From NCBI RefSeq assembly GCF_006345805.1, contig NC_043002.1:53816001-53880000 (forward strand): DNA of 64,000 nt, in the 5' to 3' direction. The notes below the pieces were generated by a model. The model was not told where the DNA came from. It worked only from the letters and a program-made list of their open reading frames with translations, and searched no databases. The translations under genes were made by a program, and so were the position numbers. The stretch is from Octopus sinensis (taxonomy: Eukaryota). Shown here piece after piece: positions 25,629 to 39,245 of this stretch. How positions within the stretch are numbered: position 1 is the stretch's first letter; every line of letters starts with the position of its first letter.

Positions 25629-25773
25629 TAGTATGAATGACAGCTTCTGCATAATCAACCAGTTTACATTTTATCTTTTTAACTCAATTTTCAGAGAAAT
25701 AAGGTATGTTATCAGGTCAACTCAGTAAATGAAAAGTCACACAAATCAATATCATAAAAACTAATGTAAAAAA

Positions 25774-26112
25774 GGTAAAGCCCCCGTTCGGTCGTGAATG
25801 CCCATAGGACTGCACCTAGAAAGTTACCCTCCGGGGCACAAGTCCGGGCACGGTTGTTTATGGAAAACCAGCAGTTGCCCATGCATACCAGCCTGTCCTC
25901 TCCACGCTTCGATGTTATTCAAGGGAAAGGCAAAGGCCAAGGCTATATGGCGCCAGTGATGTCGCAACTCATTTCTACAGCTGAGTGAACTGGAGCAAAG
26001 TGAAATAAACCACATTACTCAAGAACACAACACGCGACCTGGTACGGCAATCGAACTCACTAATTCATAATTGAGAGCCCAATGCTCTAACCACTAAACC
26101 ATGCGCCTTCAC
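25774..26112 (-). mobile_element. tRNA-derived SINE family D (CORE-like)
   Basis: Reverse complement GTGAAGGCGCATGGTTTAGTGGTTAGAGC...GAGTTCGATT (A and B boxes), TTCACTTTGCTCCAGTTCACTCAGCTG core. Confidence 0.8.
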
Positions 26113-26329
26113 TCATTTCTATAAAAGCACAACATAATGATATAGAGATAGCTCGCTTTCTGAAAGTTTCTTAATCCTTCGCTGTGAAAGATCGGAATGA
26201 GTTGGAAGCTTCTGACGGGAGTCCCACATCAGTAGCTAATCGCAAAACGCAAGCACAGGGTCCTAATACCATTAGAAGACATAACTTCATACAAACAAAA
26301 AAAAGAGAAAAAAGAACAAATCGATAAAA

Positions 26330-27000
26330 GCCTGGAAAGTCAATCATCCATTTTAAAAAACGTCTAGGTTCCAAAATGTCCCATCAGAAGAGTTGTAAGT
26401 CGTATGTGGTATGGAAGGGTCAGTTTATGTCGGAAGTGACATAAAAGAATCGTTCGAGCCATGCAAATAGCTTGCTAAAACGTTAAAACACCAAGAGGCT
26501 GGAATGCTTTGACTTTTCTCCAAATAGAAAAAAATTCGATCTGGACCAAAATGTAAATGCAGAGACTGTCATTCATAATAAGTTCCCATGTTTCTCGAAG
26601 GGATCAGCGATTACGGAGATGTCATGACACCTCACCTTCTTTCACAGGGCTTAAGATTCAATGCCACTATCTTCACAGAAGTACAGGAGAAAGTTGTGAG
26701 GTCCTGGATAGAAAGAATATACAGCGGAAGAAAAACCATCGATCTTTCAACAAGACTGTACTATCTAATAGCACCAGGCAGATGCAATGCCATTATCCAT
26801 GATTAAATTTAGCGAGATACGTGACCTCCTAGCTCACCAGACCTCATTCCACTGAACTATTACGTATGGGGTGTAGTTGAGAAAGAAAGAGAGAGGTTAA
26901 TCAACAACGCCATAGCAACGTACAATCTCTGAAATCTACCATAATCAGCACTCTCTCCAAAATTGATGCGGATTATCTGATTCGGGTATGTCAATGTCAA
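26330..27000 (+). mobile_element. Mariner-type (DDxD) transposase relic
   Basis: GDVMTPHLLSQGLRFNATIFTEV..KVVRSWI, IFQQD and SSPDLIPLNYYVWGVVE. Confidence 0.88.
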
Positions 27001-30000
27001 CGCTTCCTACCCCGTATTGAAGAAGCCATTGATTCTAATGGCAGATTCATATAGAAGCCAGCATAACTACTACTACGGCATGGACAGCAACAAAAGCAGA
27101 AGCTACTACTACGACGACGACAGTGGCGACGGCTTTTTCCGCCGCTCCAATTCCGACTTTACGTTCTCAATTCAAATGCGTGCGGGACTTTGCCTTTCAT
27201 ACTTTCCGCGTCGATAAAATAAATACCACTTGAATCGACGCAAATCGATTTCTCTCCACCCCCAAGATTTCCGACCTTGTGCCAAAATTTGAGACCAATA
27301 TACGAACAAGTTGCAGTGGTAGTAATATCTATGTAGCTTGTCTTGTTGCGGGTGAAGATAGCAGCCCAATATATAATGGTTTTCTCAAGGAATTTTCACA
27401 TTAAGAGACAAAACTCTATAACTGGATATCGGCTGTCTTTCCACCTTTTTTTCCGATTTTTTTCTGCATTATGGCAATTTATCTCATTAGACACATTTAT
27501 TTCCAGCTTTATCTCACTTCCTACTTACTCTCTTTACTTTTTTTATTCATTGAATAGACTGAGAGAAATATTTTGAAGTATTGGTTTTTTACACCAATGC
27601 CTTATGACGAAGGTATTTAAGAGTGGGTCAAAGTATGTGGCCTCTGTCTCGCAGAAAGCAAATTCTCCTCACCCTTCAATCTATATACGATACCAGAAAC
27701 TAATAAAGTACCCCACTCACCGATCATAATCTAGCAACTGCCTTAATTCGGACTTCATTCCTCATTTAATATAATTAGATGGTGGACTGGTCTGCTAACG
27801 TAACTTCCAGTCGATATATAACGTATGTTCCATACAAGCTTAATCAACAGTGGTTCACCTGGTTTTGCAATGAAGTATATGACTTTATAAACACTATGAC
27901 ATAAAGTGAATTCGTTTATTGTGTTGAACATATACAAAACTTACATTACATAAGTAAATCTTCAGATTAATTGACATTCATTGCTTGTAAAATTATTAAA
28001 ACTTCATCATAAAGAGCATTTATAGGAAGCTACAAATCTAGCTTCCAGCTGAACCAACTTCGACACGCTAGATATTAAGTCCTAGTACTCGTTAGTATTA
28101 GCACCAGCTACCAAAGAACCGGATATTAAAAATTTCCGTTTTCAATGTTACGGAAGCCTTCTTCAATGAAATCATCAATTGAAAGCAATTAATTTTGATG
28201 TTCTGGGTTGGGAGTTCTTTGGATTTTATTTTCTTCATTGCCTTTTTTTCATTTGTATACTCTACCGTATTTTATGTAAAAATATAAAAAGAAACCAATA
28301 ACAATGGGAACAATTTGTAAGAATATTAAATCTATAATAAAAATCTAATAAGAGTTACTTTTTAATACAATATTTTGCATGTAACATTTAATCCTCTGTT
28401 TTACATGCAGAAATCATGAGCCTCGTCAATCGTCTTATTTAGTTTTTCCATTGCTTAATTTTCTGGAAATGTATTATTTCCTCCTGAAAATAATTAATAA
28501 TTAAAAATGATTTAGATTCCATTGAGTTTGTATATTGAGATAATTTTATTTAATTTCAATTCTACGTATTTACAGGTGATTTTGACTCCATAAGCATAAT
28601 ATATAGTAGTACTTCATGTGACTATAGGGAAGAAGGAAGTTATAACTCCCACTCGTAGTATTTTTTCATATTACGAATGAAATAAAATAAGCATTAATCT
28701 ATATCCAGACCGAGCCATACTCGAGGGAAATAACAGATATTGCTGGGAATTTGGAGGAAAACATTTCAAAGAAATAGCTTTTTTCAAGTTTTAATATCTG
28801 AAATCATTTATAATAAGAAGATTAGAGGTTTCTAATGTCTAGACAGAAAAGGACTATAAGATAGGCATGGTTGCTCGAAACACCGTGATATTGAAGATAA
28901 TTTCATTTTTGTGAAGAGCCTCATCAATGTATGTAAAGTAAACTAATTTGAAGAAGTAATTTCATCAAAATACTGGATTGGCACTGCCAGAAAAATATCA
29001 AGTCTTTTACTATTCAATCCCCTACCATCCATTAACACAGAAGGGTGCCACTTTTATAGGCAAAAGGGATAATCTTGACTATTTGGCACATTACTGGTAG
29101 TTATTATATTGATGTCAGAAAGATGAACTATTAAAACAATTTCGATTGTAATTTACCTTTGAAAATGGTAAATAAATGGCGTAAGAAAATTACTGAAGAA
29201 ACCTCGCTAGGAAGATAGAGTAGAGACTCTCATGTGAGCTTTTAGATGAGGCCCATTCAGCTATCGAAAAGTCCAAACTGACCAGCCTACTCTAAAACCA
29301 AAATGAGTAACCTTTGTAACTCCCTTTTCTCCAATAAACTTAATCTCATTAAAAACAAAAAGTGTGAAAGAGGCCGCATGGAATCACCTTGGTAACAAAC
29401 GGAGTGAATTCAAATTTTTTATTAAAATTTGGAATGTGCCGTATTTATTATTTTCGCACAAGAGAACGAAACGACAATTACGTATGAAAAAGATAAACAT
29501 TATTTCATCCGGCTCCTTAAGTTCTGGGTTCAAATCCTTTTGAGTCAACTTTGACTTGTATCATTCTAGGGAAGGCAAAATAAAATATCAATTAACTTCT
29601 GTCGATTTAATCGACTAAATCCTTCGCACAAATTTCTGGTATTTTGCCAAAGTTAGAATCAATTATTTCAACCAGAAATACCACTAGATTAGTTGAAATG
29701 ATAGACATAAAGGGTTGATTAAAAAGCATTGCAGTGTTTAGAGGCATCAATTTGCATTTCGAGTTTTCGATAAAGTAAGTACAAATTATGTCTTGGTCTA
29801 TATAATCGCCAATAAGTTCTTCCCCTAAAATGTGTAGCCTATAGCCTTTGGTAAAGCATATAATTTCAACTAGGAAAGAATGGATACCAGATGCATTATT
29901 TAATTGACCTGAGGCCAGATATCTGCTGCTTGAACTTCTTATACTGCGTACAGGTACGTAGCTATTTGAGATAGAAGAGTAAACATGCTATTGTCAATCG

Positions 30001-30859
30001 AGAACAGTTTGGGAACTTAGTGAACCAGCAATTTATGCTATATGTTGAATTCGATATTGGACGTGAATATTGAAAATGTCTGATATGCTGATATGCAACA
30101 AATAATAAAAATCATAGGAGCAGAATTACATAAATTTCCTTTGAAATAAAATACATATATTGCTAGGTTTTTCCCATATACTTATATCCATTGGCTTATT
30201 AGCATACATGTTACATGCCAAGATAATATCATTTAAATAATTTTACATTATAGTAAATTCTTTTAATCTCAATAGATAGACATCTTAAAAGGTTATTACA
30301 TTAAAAGATCAAATGTGCATATGAATATAATAATATGAGGCAATATCCTAATGCAAACATTACAAAAAATACAACAAATAAGATTGAAAATGGAAAACTT
30401 TCATGATTCTGTATAAACACCTTCGCATAGACTCATGTAACAGTAAAACTTTCAATTTCTTTGAGGTGCTTTTGAGATATTAAATGCAGCAAAGATCAAA
30501 GGAAAGATAATTAATGCAGTTTCGTCAATTGGGAAATCATTACTGCAAAACATCGATAATAGTCATGTTTTTCAATTGATTAATCACTTCCGCAGGGATT
30601 GAGTTCCATGCAGCAGAATCGAATGATTTTTCAACATTGGCACAAAAATACAAATTGTATGGAAAATTATATCGATTAATTCTGCCGTAGTATCTGACTG
30701 GTATAAAATTCATTGATCCTGGAAACATGAGATGCGAAGTTTACTTCGATGGTATCGAAACCCAGTAGGTAGGGAGTATAATAATTAATAACTACAGAGC
30801 ATTTTCTTCGAGTTTGCATATCAGCCAAAGTCTTACTACAGAAATGTTTGTTTCAAATT

Positions 30860-30975
30860 TTGACCCCAGTGCTCAAACGGTGAAAAGTAAAGTGGGCCTC
30901 GGGGGAATTTGAACTCAGACCGTAAAGACGAACGAGTTACCGCTAGCGTGCCAGCGACTATGCGAAATCGCCACT
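30860..30975 (-). mobile_element. SINE family A head fragment
   Basis: Reverse complement TTTACGGTCTGAGTTCAAATTCCCCCGAGG. Confidence 0.65.
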
Positions 30976-31049
30976 TTTCAAAATATTAAAAAAAAATTCA
31001 AATAGAGTCGTGATACTGTAGCTAAGGAGGTGGGGAGGTGTTAGCGCGA

Positions 31050-31205
31050 GCGGTAATGATGAGCATGAAGAAAAGGAGGAGGAGGAGAAATACTACGACG
31101 ACGATAACTATAACATCGACAACGACCACAATGAGGAAAATGACCACGACGAGGATGACAATGGCTGCAGTGGTATCGACAACAATGATTACGACGACTG
31201 TAATA
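31050..31205. repeat. Degenerate GAG/ACG/ACA trinucleotide tract
   Basis: Directly visible; underlies the poly-R/T ORF. Confidence 0.75.
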
Positions 31206-32047
31206 GATTATAGACAAATAATAATATTGAAACAGAAAAAAGAAATATGATTCACACCGTTTCTTCAGGGATATTATTGACGTTATATAATATTCCCACT
31301 GAGACACACAATCAATTTTAATTTGTGCATAAATGTGGTAGAATTATTCTACATCTGCGCAGAATTATTCGACTTGTACACAATAACGCTACTGACCATC
31401 TGAGAGAAGGTATTGTAAACTCCAGGAGAGGTACTAACCTATCAGAATTACGTTGAGACAGAGAAATGATGCGAGGTTCCATACGGAAGACTAGAAATGC
31501 CAACGAATATCTAAGTTTGTTGAAATCAGTCCCAAGCATATAGTGTTAAAAATCGAAAGAGCTACTTAATGTATAAGTTACTTCATGCACATTTCGAAAA
31601 ACACTAACCTTGACGTTCATATGTTTGGACTTTCCGTTTCATCCTACAACAGACATTCTTCATTATCCTCTTTGATGTCTCGTGGGATTTGACCTCTTAT
31701 TTTTATGAATCGTATTACTGTTGCACACTGCCGCCAGTGCTTGAAGGAACTGAAGTCGAATGGAAAACAACACAATGGGTAAAAACAAGAAAAATATAGA
31801 AAGTAAGGAAATCGACATAAAGTGCTTTGCTGATGTTCATAAGCGAACAACTTGGAGTATAAAGCAGCACTTGTATTTGTTAGTGCGTGTAGTTTGACGT
31901 GTGTGTAGTTTGATGGTGTTTCCGTGATCATACCGTTTTTTTTTTTAAGTCTATTCTCTAAATGATAACGTCTTTATATATGTTTTTTTTTAATGCGGTA
32001 GGGATAGTTGTGGGGAGCTGTATAGATATGTAATATAAGAGTCATTG

Positions 32048-32100
<53 letters not shown>

Positions 32101-32307
32101 TGTATGTATATTCATGCATCACTTAAAAATATACATATAGATGGATAAACATATAAACAAATGCATACATATATATACATATATATATATAAATATTTAT
32201 ACGCTGTGTCTGTATATATATGTATATATAAATACATACACACATATTTATACAAAGAGAGAGAGAGAAAGAGAGAGATGTATACATACATTTATACATA
32301 CATATAC

Positions 32308-32369
<62 letters not shown>

Positions 32370-32403
32370 TGTATGTATGTTTATACGTACATATATTTAT
32401 ATA

Positions 32404-33460
32404 CACGGTGCGTAAGATATTTGAGGACAGATTTGTTTATAAAAGGACAGATATATGATAACAGATAACTTTATTTACCAAAAAATGCTTTGAGGATAAA
32501 AATAAACCTCCTTTTCTGTAGTGTTATTCAATAAACCACCTTCAACTTCAACAACTGCTTTTATATGAGATATAAATCATATACATGCTCGAATCAAGTG
32601 GCCCTGGTTCATTTTGGACATTACTCTGAATATGACAGCTTTCAAAGAATCTTTGGTGTTGTCGGTGTGTTCATTGACCTCTCTCTCAACAACGCTCCAC
32701 ATGCAATAGTCCAATGGCTTGAAATCTGAGGAATTGGAAGGCCAAATGTTAGGGGTTGTGATTATGAAAATTTTCAGCCATTCATTCATGTGTTACTAGA
32801 GCCATGTGTAGGTGCAGAGTGTTACTGAAACACATATGGCCTTCTATTGCATCCAGGGCTTAACAATTATATTCAGGACTTTGATGTAGAGGGCAATGTT
32901 AACTCTAACGCCTTGTGGAAAGAGGTAAGGAGGCATCATATGTCTTTTATTGCTGACAACCCCTAAAACCATGACATTAGCCAGAAATTTTGTATACATA
33001 ACATTTGGAACTTCGGAACGACGGTCTGCACATAACCATCTGTCATTTCTTGTGTTATCTTATTGATTTTGGTTTTTCTTGTTTCAGAGAAACCAAATCA
33101 AATATTTTTCTGATGGATTCTTCAGTTTGTTTAAAAGCCTTTTACATCTGATGTAGTGATTTTCTTTTGCTTTTCTAACAAATTGACCTTTCTTAATCAT
33201 ATAAGAATTACATCTGATGTCTTCGTAGACAATATTTCTGACTGTTCCTTCTGATACATGGAGATCTTTTGGAAATGACCTCATGGATTTTCTGGGATTG
33301 TAAGCAATGGTCTGTTGAACATGTTGGATACATTCAAGTGTTCTGATGATTCCAGAACCTTTAGAATGCTTTTTATGCTTTGATACTGGCTTCAGTCTCT
33401 ATCTTCTTACAAACCTTGCAGACGAAAGATATGGCAAGTTTTCTTATTATTTTCTGAAAC
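32404..33460 (-). mobile_element. Mariner-type transposon relic, same family as 26330-27000
   Basis: ORF fragments KDLHVSEGTVRNIVYEDIR (HTH) and TPNIWPSNSSDFKPLDYCMWSVVERE; TA-CACGGTG terminus at 32402-32410. Confidence 0.9.
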
Positions 33461-33555
33461 AACGAGTATACAGAGTTAGCAAAAAATACAGCAATGAAAC
33501 AAAAAAAATGTATGTCCTCAAATACCATACGCGCCCTATATATACAAAGAGATGG

Positions 33556-33714
33556 TTTGTTGCTAACTTAATATGGCAGTCCCAGGAAAGGGATTGTTGC
33601 TACTACTATTTAACCCCAAGAAATACCGTTTCAATTTGACTACATGTTTCTTGGGGCTAAACAGTAGTGACATTCTTCCCTTTCCTGGAACTGGCACATT
33701 AAGTTGGCAATAAC
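33556..33714. repeat. ~160-bp imperfect inverted repeat
   Basis: GTTGCTAACTTAAT...CCCCAAGAAA is mirrored by TTTCTTGGGG...ATTAAGTTGGCAA around a ~20-nt loop. Confidence 0.85.
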
Positions 33715-34039
33715 TCATCACTTTATCGTGCTGCTAGCACATAACTCTCTCTGAGAGATTTGGAAATACAATATTTATAATTATATATATATGTGTGTAT
33801 GTGTGTGTGTGTGTGTGTGTGTGTATGTATATGTGTGTATATATATATATCGATAGGAGGTGTTATAATACTATTCCACATATACAAAATACATATGTAT
33901 TCGTCGAGTATGTAACAAATGAGAGAAGCAGAAAATAGAATTCATGCGATTCTTTATTAATCACAACGATTATTTCGACCTATGTTGCATCGATTACTCG
34001 CTTATGAGATACTATGCAACCGGTTATGGTGCATCCTTA

Positions 34040-34273
34040 AAGGCGGCGAGCTGGCAGAAACGTTAAACACGCCGGGCGAAATGCTTAGCGGTATTTTGTC
34101 TGTCGCTACGTTCTGAGTTCAAATTCCGCCGAGGTCAACTTTGCCTTTCATCCTTTCGGGGTCGATAAATTAAGTACCAGTTACGCACTGGGGTCGATGT
34201 AATCGACTTAAAACCTATGTCTGTCCTTGTTTGTCCCCTCTGTGTTTATCCCCTTGTGGGTAATAAAGAAATA
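34040..34273 (+). mobile_element. SINE family A, full monomer
   Basis: AAGGCGGCGAGCTGGCAGAAACG...GAGTTCAAATTCCGCCGAGG...CCCTTGTGGGTAATAAAGAAATA. Confidence 0.93.
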
Positions 34274-35763
34274 GCTTATGGTGCATCCTTCGGTTCAGAT
34301 GTGGTGTGATTTTTTCAAAAATGAATTCGCTCAATAAGCTCGGTTTCGTTTGGTTCGATTATACCGAAGGTCATTGTGGTTCAAATAGGACTTGAAAAAT
34401 ACGAATACACTTATATGCTAATACTGACATGTTAGTACATATCCAATTCTCCACATATTTCTTTGTCTCGTGTGTGTATACTCTACCTTGCATTATACCT
34501 GTCCCTTTCAGTATGCTTATAACTTTTGTATATTAATATTTCGTGTTTCCTTCCAATTATTTTTGACTCTCCCTATCACAATCTTTCACGCTTTTTACTC
34601 ACTCTGCGTTAAATGGGTTTGTCTCAAATGAAAACATTAATGGTGATAATTGAATATTATTAATACTTTGTCCTTTGCTTTTATTATTGATATATTCCTT
34701 TTTATTTTTAGCGGTTGTAGTCGAGCCTCTTATTTCTAATTCACGCTTGGTGACACAACACACATTCTCTGAGCCAACGAAGTATTATTCTTGTATGTTT
34801 TCGATTCGGTGTTTCAAGCAATTGAAAGTTAATGGCCAAACATTTGAATAGCCTCGGGATTTAGGATAATTCTATTAATCTTCTATTAATCGGTTTCATG
34901 CCTACTAAATAGTTTCTTTTCGATCATATACACACACAATAAAAGCGTCGACATTCGGGCGCTCTCAATATTGCATTTCTGTACCAAATCCGATAAAGCC
35001 TTCTGGAGACTAATGAAAAAATGTTCATGCTATTACATGCATGATATTCTTTTAAAGTCATCCTGGTTGAATGATGAAAGTTATAATCGAATTGAGTAGA
35101 ATTTAACTTGGAATCAAGAGAAACAAAGTAAAGTACTCAAACCAAATCCAGGAGAATCAACGCTGCAGCACGACCTGCTAAAAATAGCAAGAAACCTCCC
35201 TAAAATCATACCATAGCATCTGGAGAAACGAAGGACTCTTTGCACTTTCCAATAATAAACCTGCTCAAACAGATTCGTTTGGGGATAAAAAAAAAGCAGC
35301 AAATATGACTATGGAATACATTTGAACCGTCTCGAATCTCCGGTTGGCTTTGTCATTTGTTTTCCCCGGCCCTTCACTTCACTTTGCTTTATAAATCGTT
35401 GCATATGTTAAAATTGATCAAAGGCATTTGTATGGGCAATATTTTTCATACGAAGACAATATTGTCCAATATATCATGTTTATTTAAATGCCACAGAGGT
35501 TTTGAATGGAGGAATTTAAGCATGTTAAGTTGCCGATTACTACTGTCTGCCTAATGTTTACCATTTTATGCTTTCCAGGAATAATATTAGAGATCCTTAG
35601 TCCCCTATCAGAGAGTTTTATTATGATAAAATTGTAATGTATTACTACCTTGTAATAGTTTTCTAACCCTTTTAATACATTACATAATCGCTTTGGTTTT
35701 ACTCGTATTGTAAGGGAATCTTCTTTCATAATATATTACACCTTCAATTATATGTATAGATAG

Positions 35764-35839
<76 letters not shown>

Positions 35840-36061
35840 TTTAGTATGACTTTATCTTTCAGTAAAAGAGTACGACGACTAAATCAGAATTATACAACTC
35901 TAATAATAATGATTTTTTTCTATTTGGCACAAAGGCCTGAGCAGGACATTATAAGGAGAGTTTATAATTTGTGTTGGAGGGGGTTACGTAAAAAGTTGGG
36001 TGTAAGAAAAGAAGAGGAATAGGTGACTATATATTGTATACAAAATATGTGAATATGTGAA

Positions 36062-36722
36062 TAGGCGCAGGAATTAGTGTGTGGTAAGTAGCTTGCTTAC
36101 CAACCACATGGTTCCGGGTTCAGTCTCATTGTGTGGCACCCTGGGTAAGTGCCTTCTACTATAGTCTCGAGCTATAGTAGAAGCCTTGTGGGTGGACTTG
36201 GTAGATAGGAACTGAAGGAAGCCCTTCGCCCAACCCTATTATCTCCCCTAATTTCGCTCTCGCGTCTCATGTTTGATCTTTGGCTTCTGGCCGAAATCAG
36301 ATCGCCATGTTGGTTCGTTAGTTACTGCACGCATTTTTTTCTCTCCTTCTTTCTGTGTTTTTTTCTCTCTGTGTATCTTTCTGTTGAAGAGCGTAGGCTC
36401 GAAACGTTAAAGACTTGTTTTATTTATATTTCCTGAGCGCCATACTAATACAATTGTTTGTTTGTTTTCCACCTGCCTTCGTCTTTTGTCTATTTTCATA
36501 AAGCTTCCCGTTATATATATATATATATATATATATCTTTGTATGTCTGTCTTTCTCCGCCCATCATCGCTTGACAACCGATGTTGGTGTGTATGCGTCC
36601 CCGTTCTTAGTGGTTCAGCAAAATAAACCGTTAAAATAAGTACTAGGTTTACAAAGACTAAGTCCTGCGGTCCATTTCTTCGAGTAAATGCGGTGCTCCA
36701 GCATGGCCGCTGTCAAATGACT
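36062..36722 (+). mobile_element. SINE family B interrupted by a Penelope-like terminal module (about 36228-36512)
   Basis: SINE 5' half ends at GAAGGAAGCCC; 3' half resumes after (AT)n at about 36535; the insert carries the hammerhead-like motif at 36376-36413. Confidence 0.82.
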
Positions 36723-37032
36723 GTAGATGTTGTAGTCATTCTGATACAGAAGAAACTCCAACTAGGGTCAATAAAAGAATTCCACAAATCAACATCGACC
36801 TGACCGCTGAAGACACTATCCAACTGTTTTTCTCCAGTCTATAAGCACATGCGTAGAGTAACTCCATTCTCGCTCATGATTTTTCCCACAGTATCTAGCT
36901 TTTGACAAATTGACTGGGAAAGAGTACTACCTTCTCCACCATCACCTTTCTTTCCAAGTGCTAAAGGAGGACAGTGCCACACTATTTACAGGTAAAAATA
37001 AGCAATTATATTACACCTACGAATACAAGTAA

Positions 37033-37549
37033 TCTATATATATAAAACTGTAGTTGTGTGAGTGTCTGTCTCCTACGATTTAGATTCCTAACTCCTCCCA
37101 CATTTTGCGGTGCAGTTTAACCAAATTCGGGTATCTTATAGTCGTGATTAATATCGAGCTCGTCTGGCTATTAGCGCGCGTCTACGATGAGTCTACGATT
37201 TTAAAAATAATTTAACATTATTTTTTATTCCATTTTAATGCATAATTTTTCGTGTGTCGATGGCGGCGGAGTTAGCGTCCACGCTCAAACACCTGCACCT
37301 GTGTTTGATTCTCCGCCTTCTTCCCTCCCTCGTGAAGCTGTGGGGGAGGGAGTTTAAGGAAATCAACGTCGTAATGCGTTGTCAAGGAGACCAGCGTTCT
37401 TTTAGAACAACGACTTCATGGCTTGAAGACACCAAAACAGAAATGGCTAAGAAAGCCCGAATTGGCATCTATAAGGGAAGTAACTCTCTAAAAATGCTTA
37501 TATAGTTATTTCCCTTACAAACCCGAGCAACGCCGGGCGATACTGCTAG
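37033..37549 (+). mobile_element. Non-autonomous Helitron
   Basis: 5' A|TCTATATATATAAAA; 3' hairpin CCCGAGCAACGCCGGG followed after 8 nt by CTAG|T; AT target with no TSD, as established for Helitrons. Confidence 0.88.
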
Positions 37550-38299
37550 TAATGTATATATAGATATCCTAATTTTACCCCGTACCCATTGTTTCTCCGT
37601 CATTGAGGTAAAGGGATTGAAGCAGAATTATCATTATTAATTTTTACAATAATTGTTTCAGTTGAATAATTTACGAGCTATTTCTTGTGTACGGAAAAAA
37701 AATCATATAAAGGTGAGTTTACCAACATTGCAGGTAGATGAAAACCTGCTAGCTGTAACCACGCAATCTAGTTCTACTTGAGAAGGCGTCGTCTATCAAA
37801 TCATTTTCCTGATTTCATTAGTGAACACAAAAGCAGGTGTTGGGGGCATTGAACTCTATTAGAAAGAAACAAGTTAAGATTGAAAGAGTTTATTAAAGCC
37901 AATGACACACGTAATCTTGCGTAGGAAATTATAGTCGCTCATGATACACTGAAATGGGAGTTATTCCATAATTTTATTCCCTATAGAACCGTGAGTGACC
38001 AGAAAGATGAGACTGTGAAAGGTAAAATCAGTTGTTGAAAAAATACGACAGCAACTGTGTGAACTTGCTTTAACTGAAAATATTGTGTAACATCTTTAGT
38101 CCTCCTATCATTTTCATACAAATTCATTTTGTTTACTACCCACACATATATACTCCAAATCACGTTCTGTAACGCATTTGTATATGCTTTATTGTGCAAT
38201 GAAATGGTTCCTTGTAGCAAATTAAAGACAATTTAAGCGGTGAACTTGCAGAATTTCTTAGAACGTTGGAAAAATATCATGCATCATAACCACCGACTC

Positions 38300-39245
38300 T
38301 TTATGTTCGAAGTTTAATTCCTGCTGATGTCAACTTTCCCTTTCATCCCTTCAAGATGCAGAAGATAAAGTACCAGTCACGTAGTAGAGTCAATGGCGTC
38401 GACAAAGCCCATCCTTTCAAATGCTGAGAGAATATTTAGAGCACCAGAAAGAAAGGTTTTGCAGTGTTTGCTTTCTGAATTCAAATCCTGCCGAGTTCAA
38501 TTTTGCCGTTCATCCTAATGGGGTCGATGAAATAAGTACAAATAAAGCAATGGGATAGATGTAATCGACTAGACCCGCCTCCCAAATTGCAGGCCTTGTG
38601 CTTATAGTAGAAAATATTATTATCATTGTTGTTGTTGTTGTTGTTGTTATTTCCATTAGCATCGTCTTTCAGTTCTGTTTCCATATCTTGCCGAGTCACT
38701 TCCTGATAACTAGGGCAGAGAAACGTACTGTATACATTGGTAAGCCATTAAAATAAACACTCCAAAGTCATGTGATAGAAGAAAGAAAAAGGGGAGATAG
38801 AGAGAAAAAGGGAAAAAAATGAATAAGTAAACAAATAAAATAAAGGTGGGGTAAAAGGACAGAAAATTCACAGCAACAATGCTCTCCTCAATACGTGTGA
38901 CGTACCAGTTAAAACAACCTTACATTTCCTACATGGATGGTGAGCCAGGATTCAATCTTAAATAATCTTCAGTTTCTTTGTTGATCATTCCAAGTGTTCC
39001 TACAATCACTGGCATTTTAACCGTCTTGAGATGCCTCCTGTTTTCGATTTCGAAGCCCACGCAAATTCTTAGCGGCATTTCATCCGTCTTTAAGCTCTGA
39101 GTTCAAATTCCCTCGAGGCTGACTTTACATTTCATCCTCCCGGGAACAATAAAATACGTACCAGTTGAACATCACTGTTAAGATATAATTTACATACCCC
39201 TTCCACGAAATTACTGGCATTGTGCCAAAATTTTAAATCATTATT
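38300..39245 (+). mobile_element. Three degenerate SINE family A copies (about 38300-38410, 38470-38620, 39060-39245)
   Basis: Each contains a TTCAAATTCC-like B box and the TTTCATCC core. Confidence 0.7.

Noticed and set aside
29874-29960. KEWIPDALFN resembling Cys-loop receptor loop A
   Set aside because: Stop codon follows immediately, and the other Cys-loop-like motif (30540-30718) is on the opposite strand.
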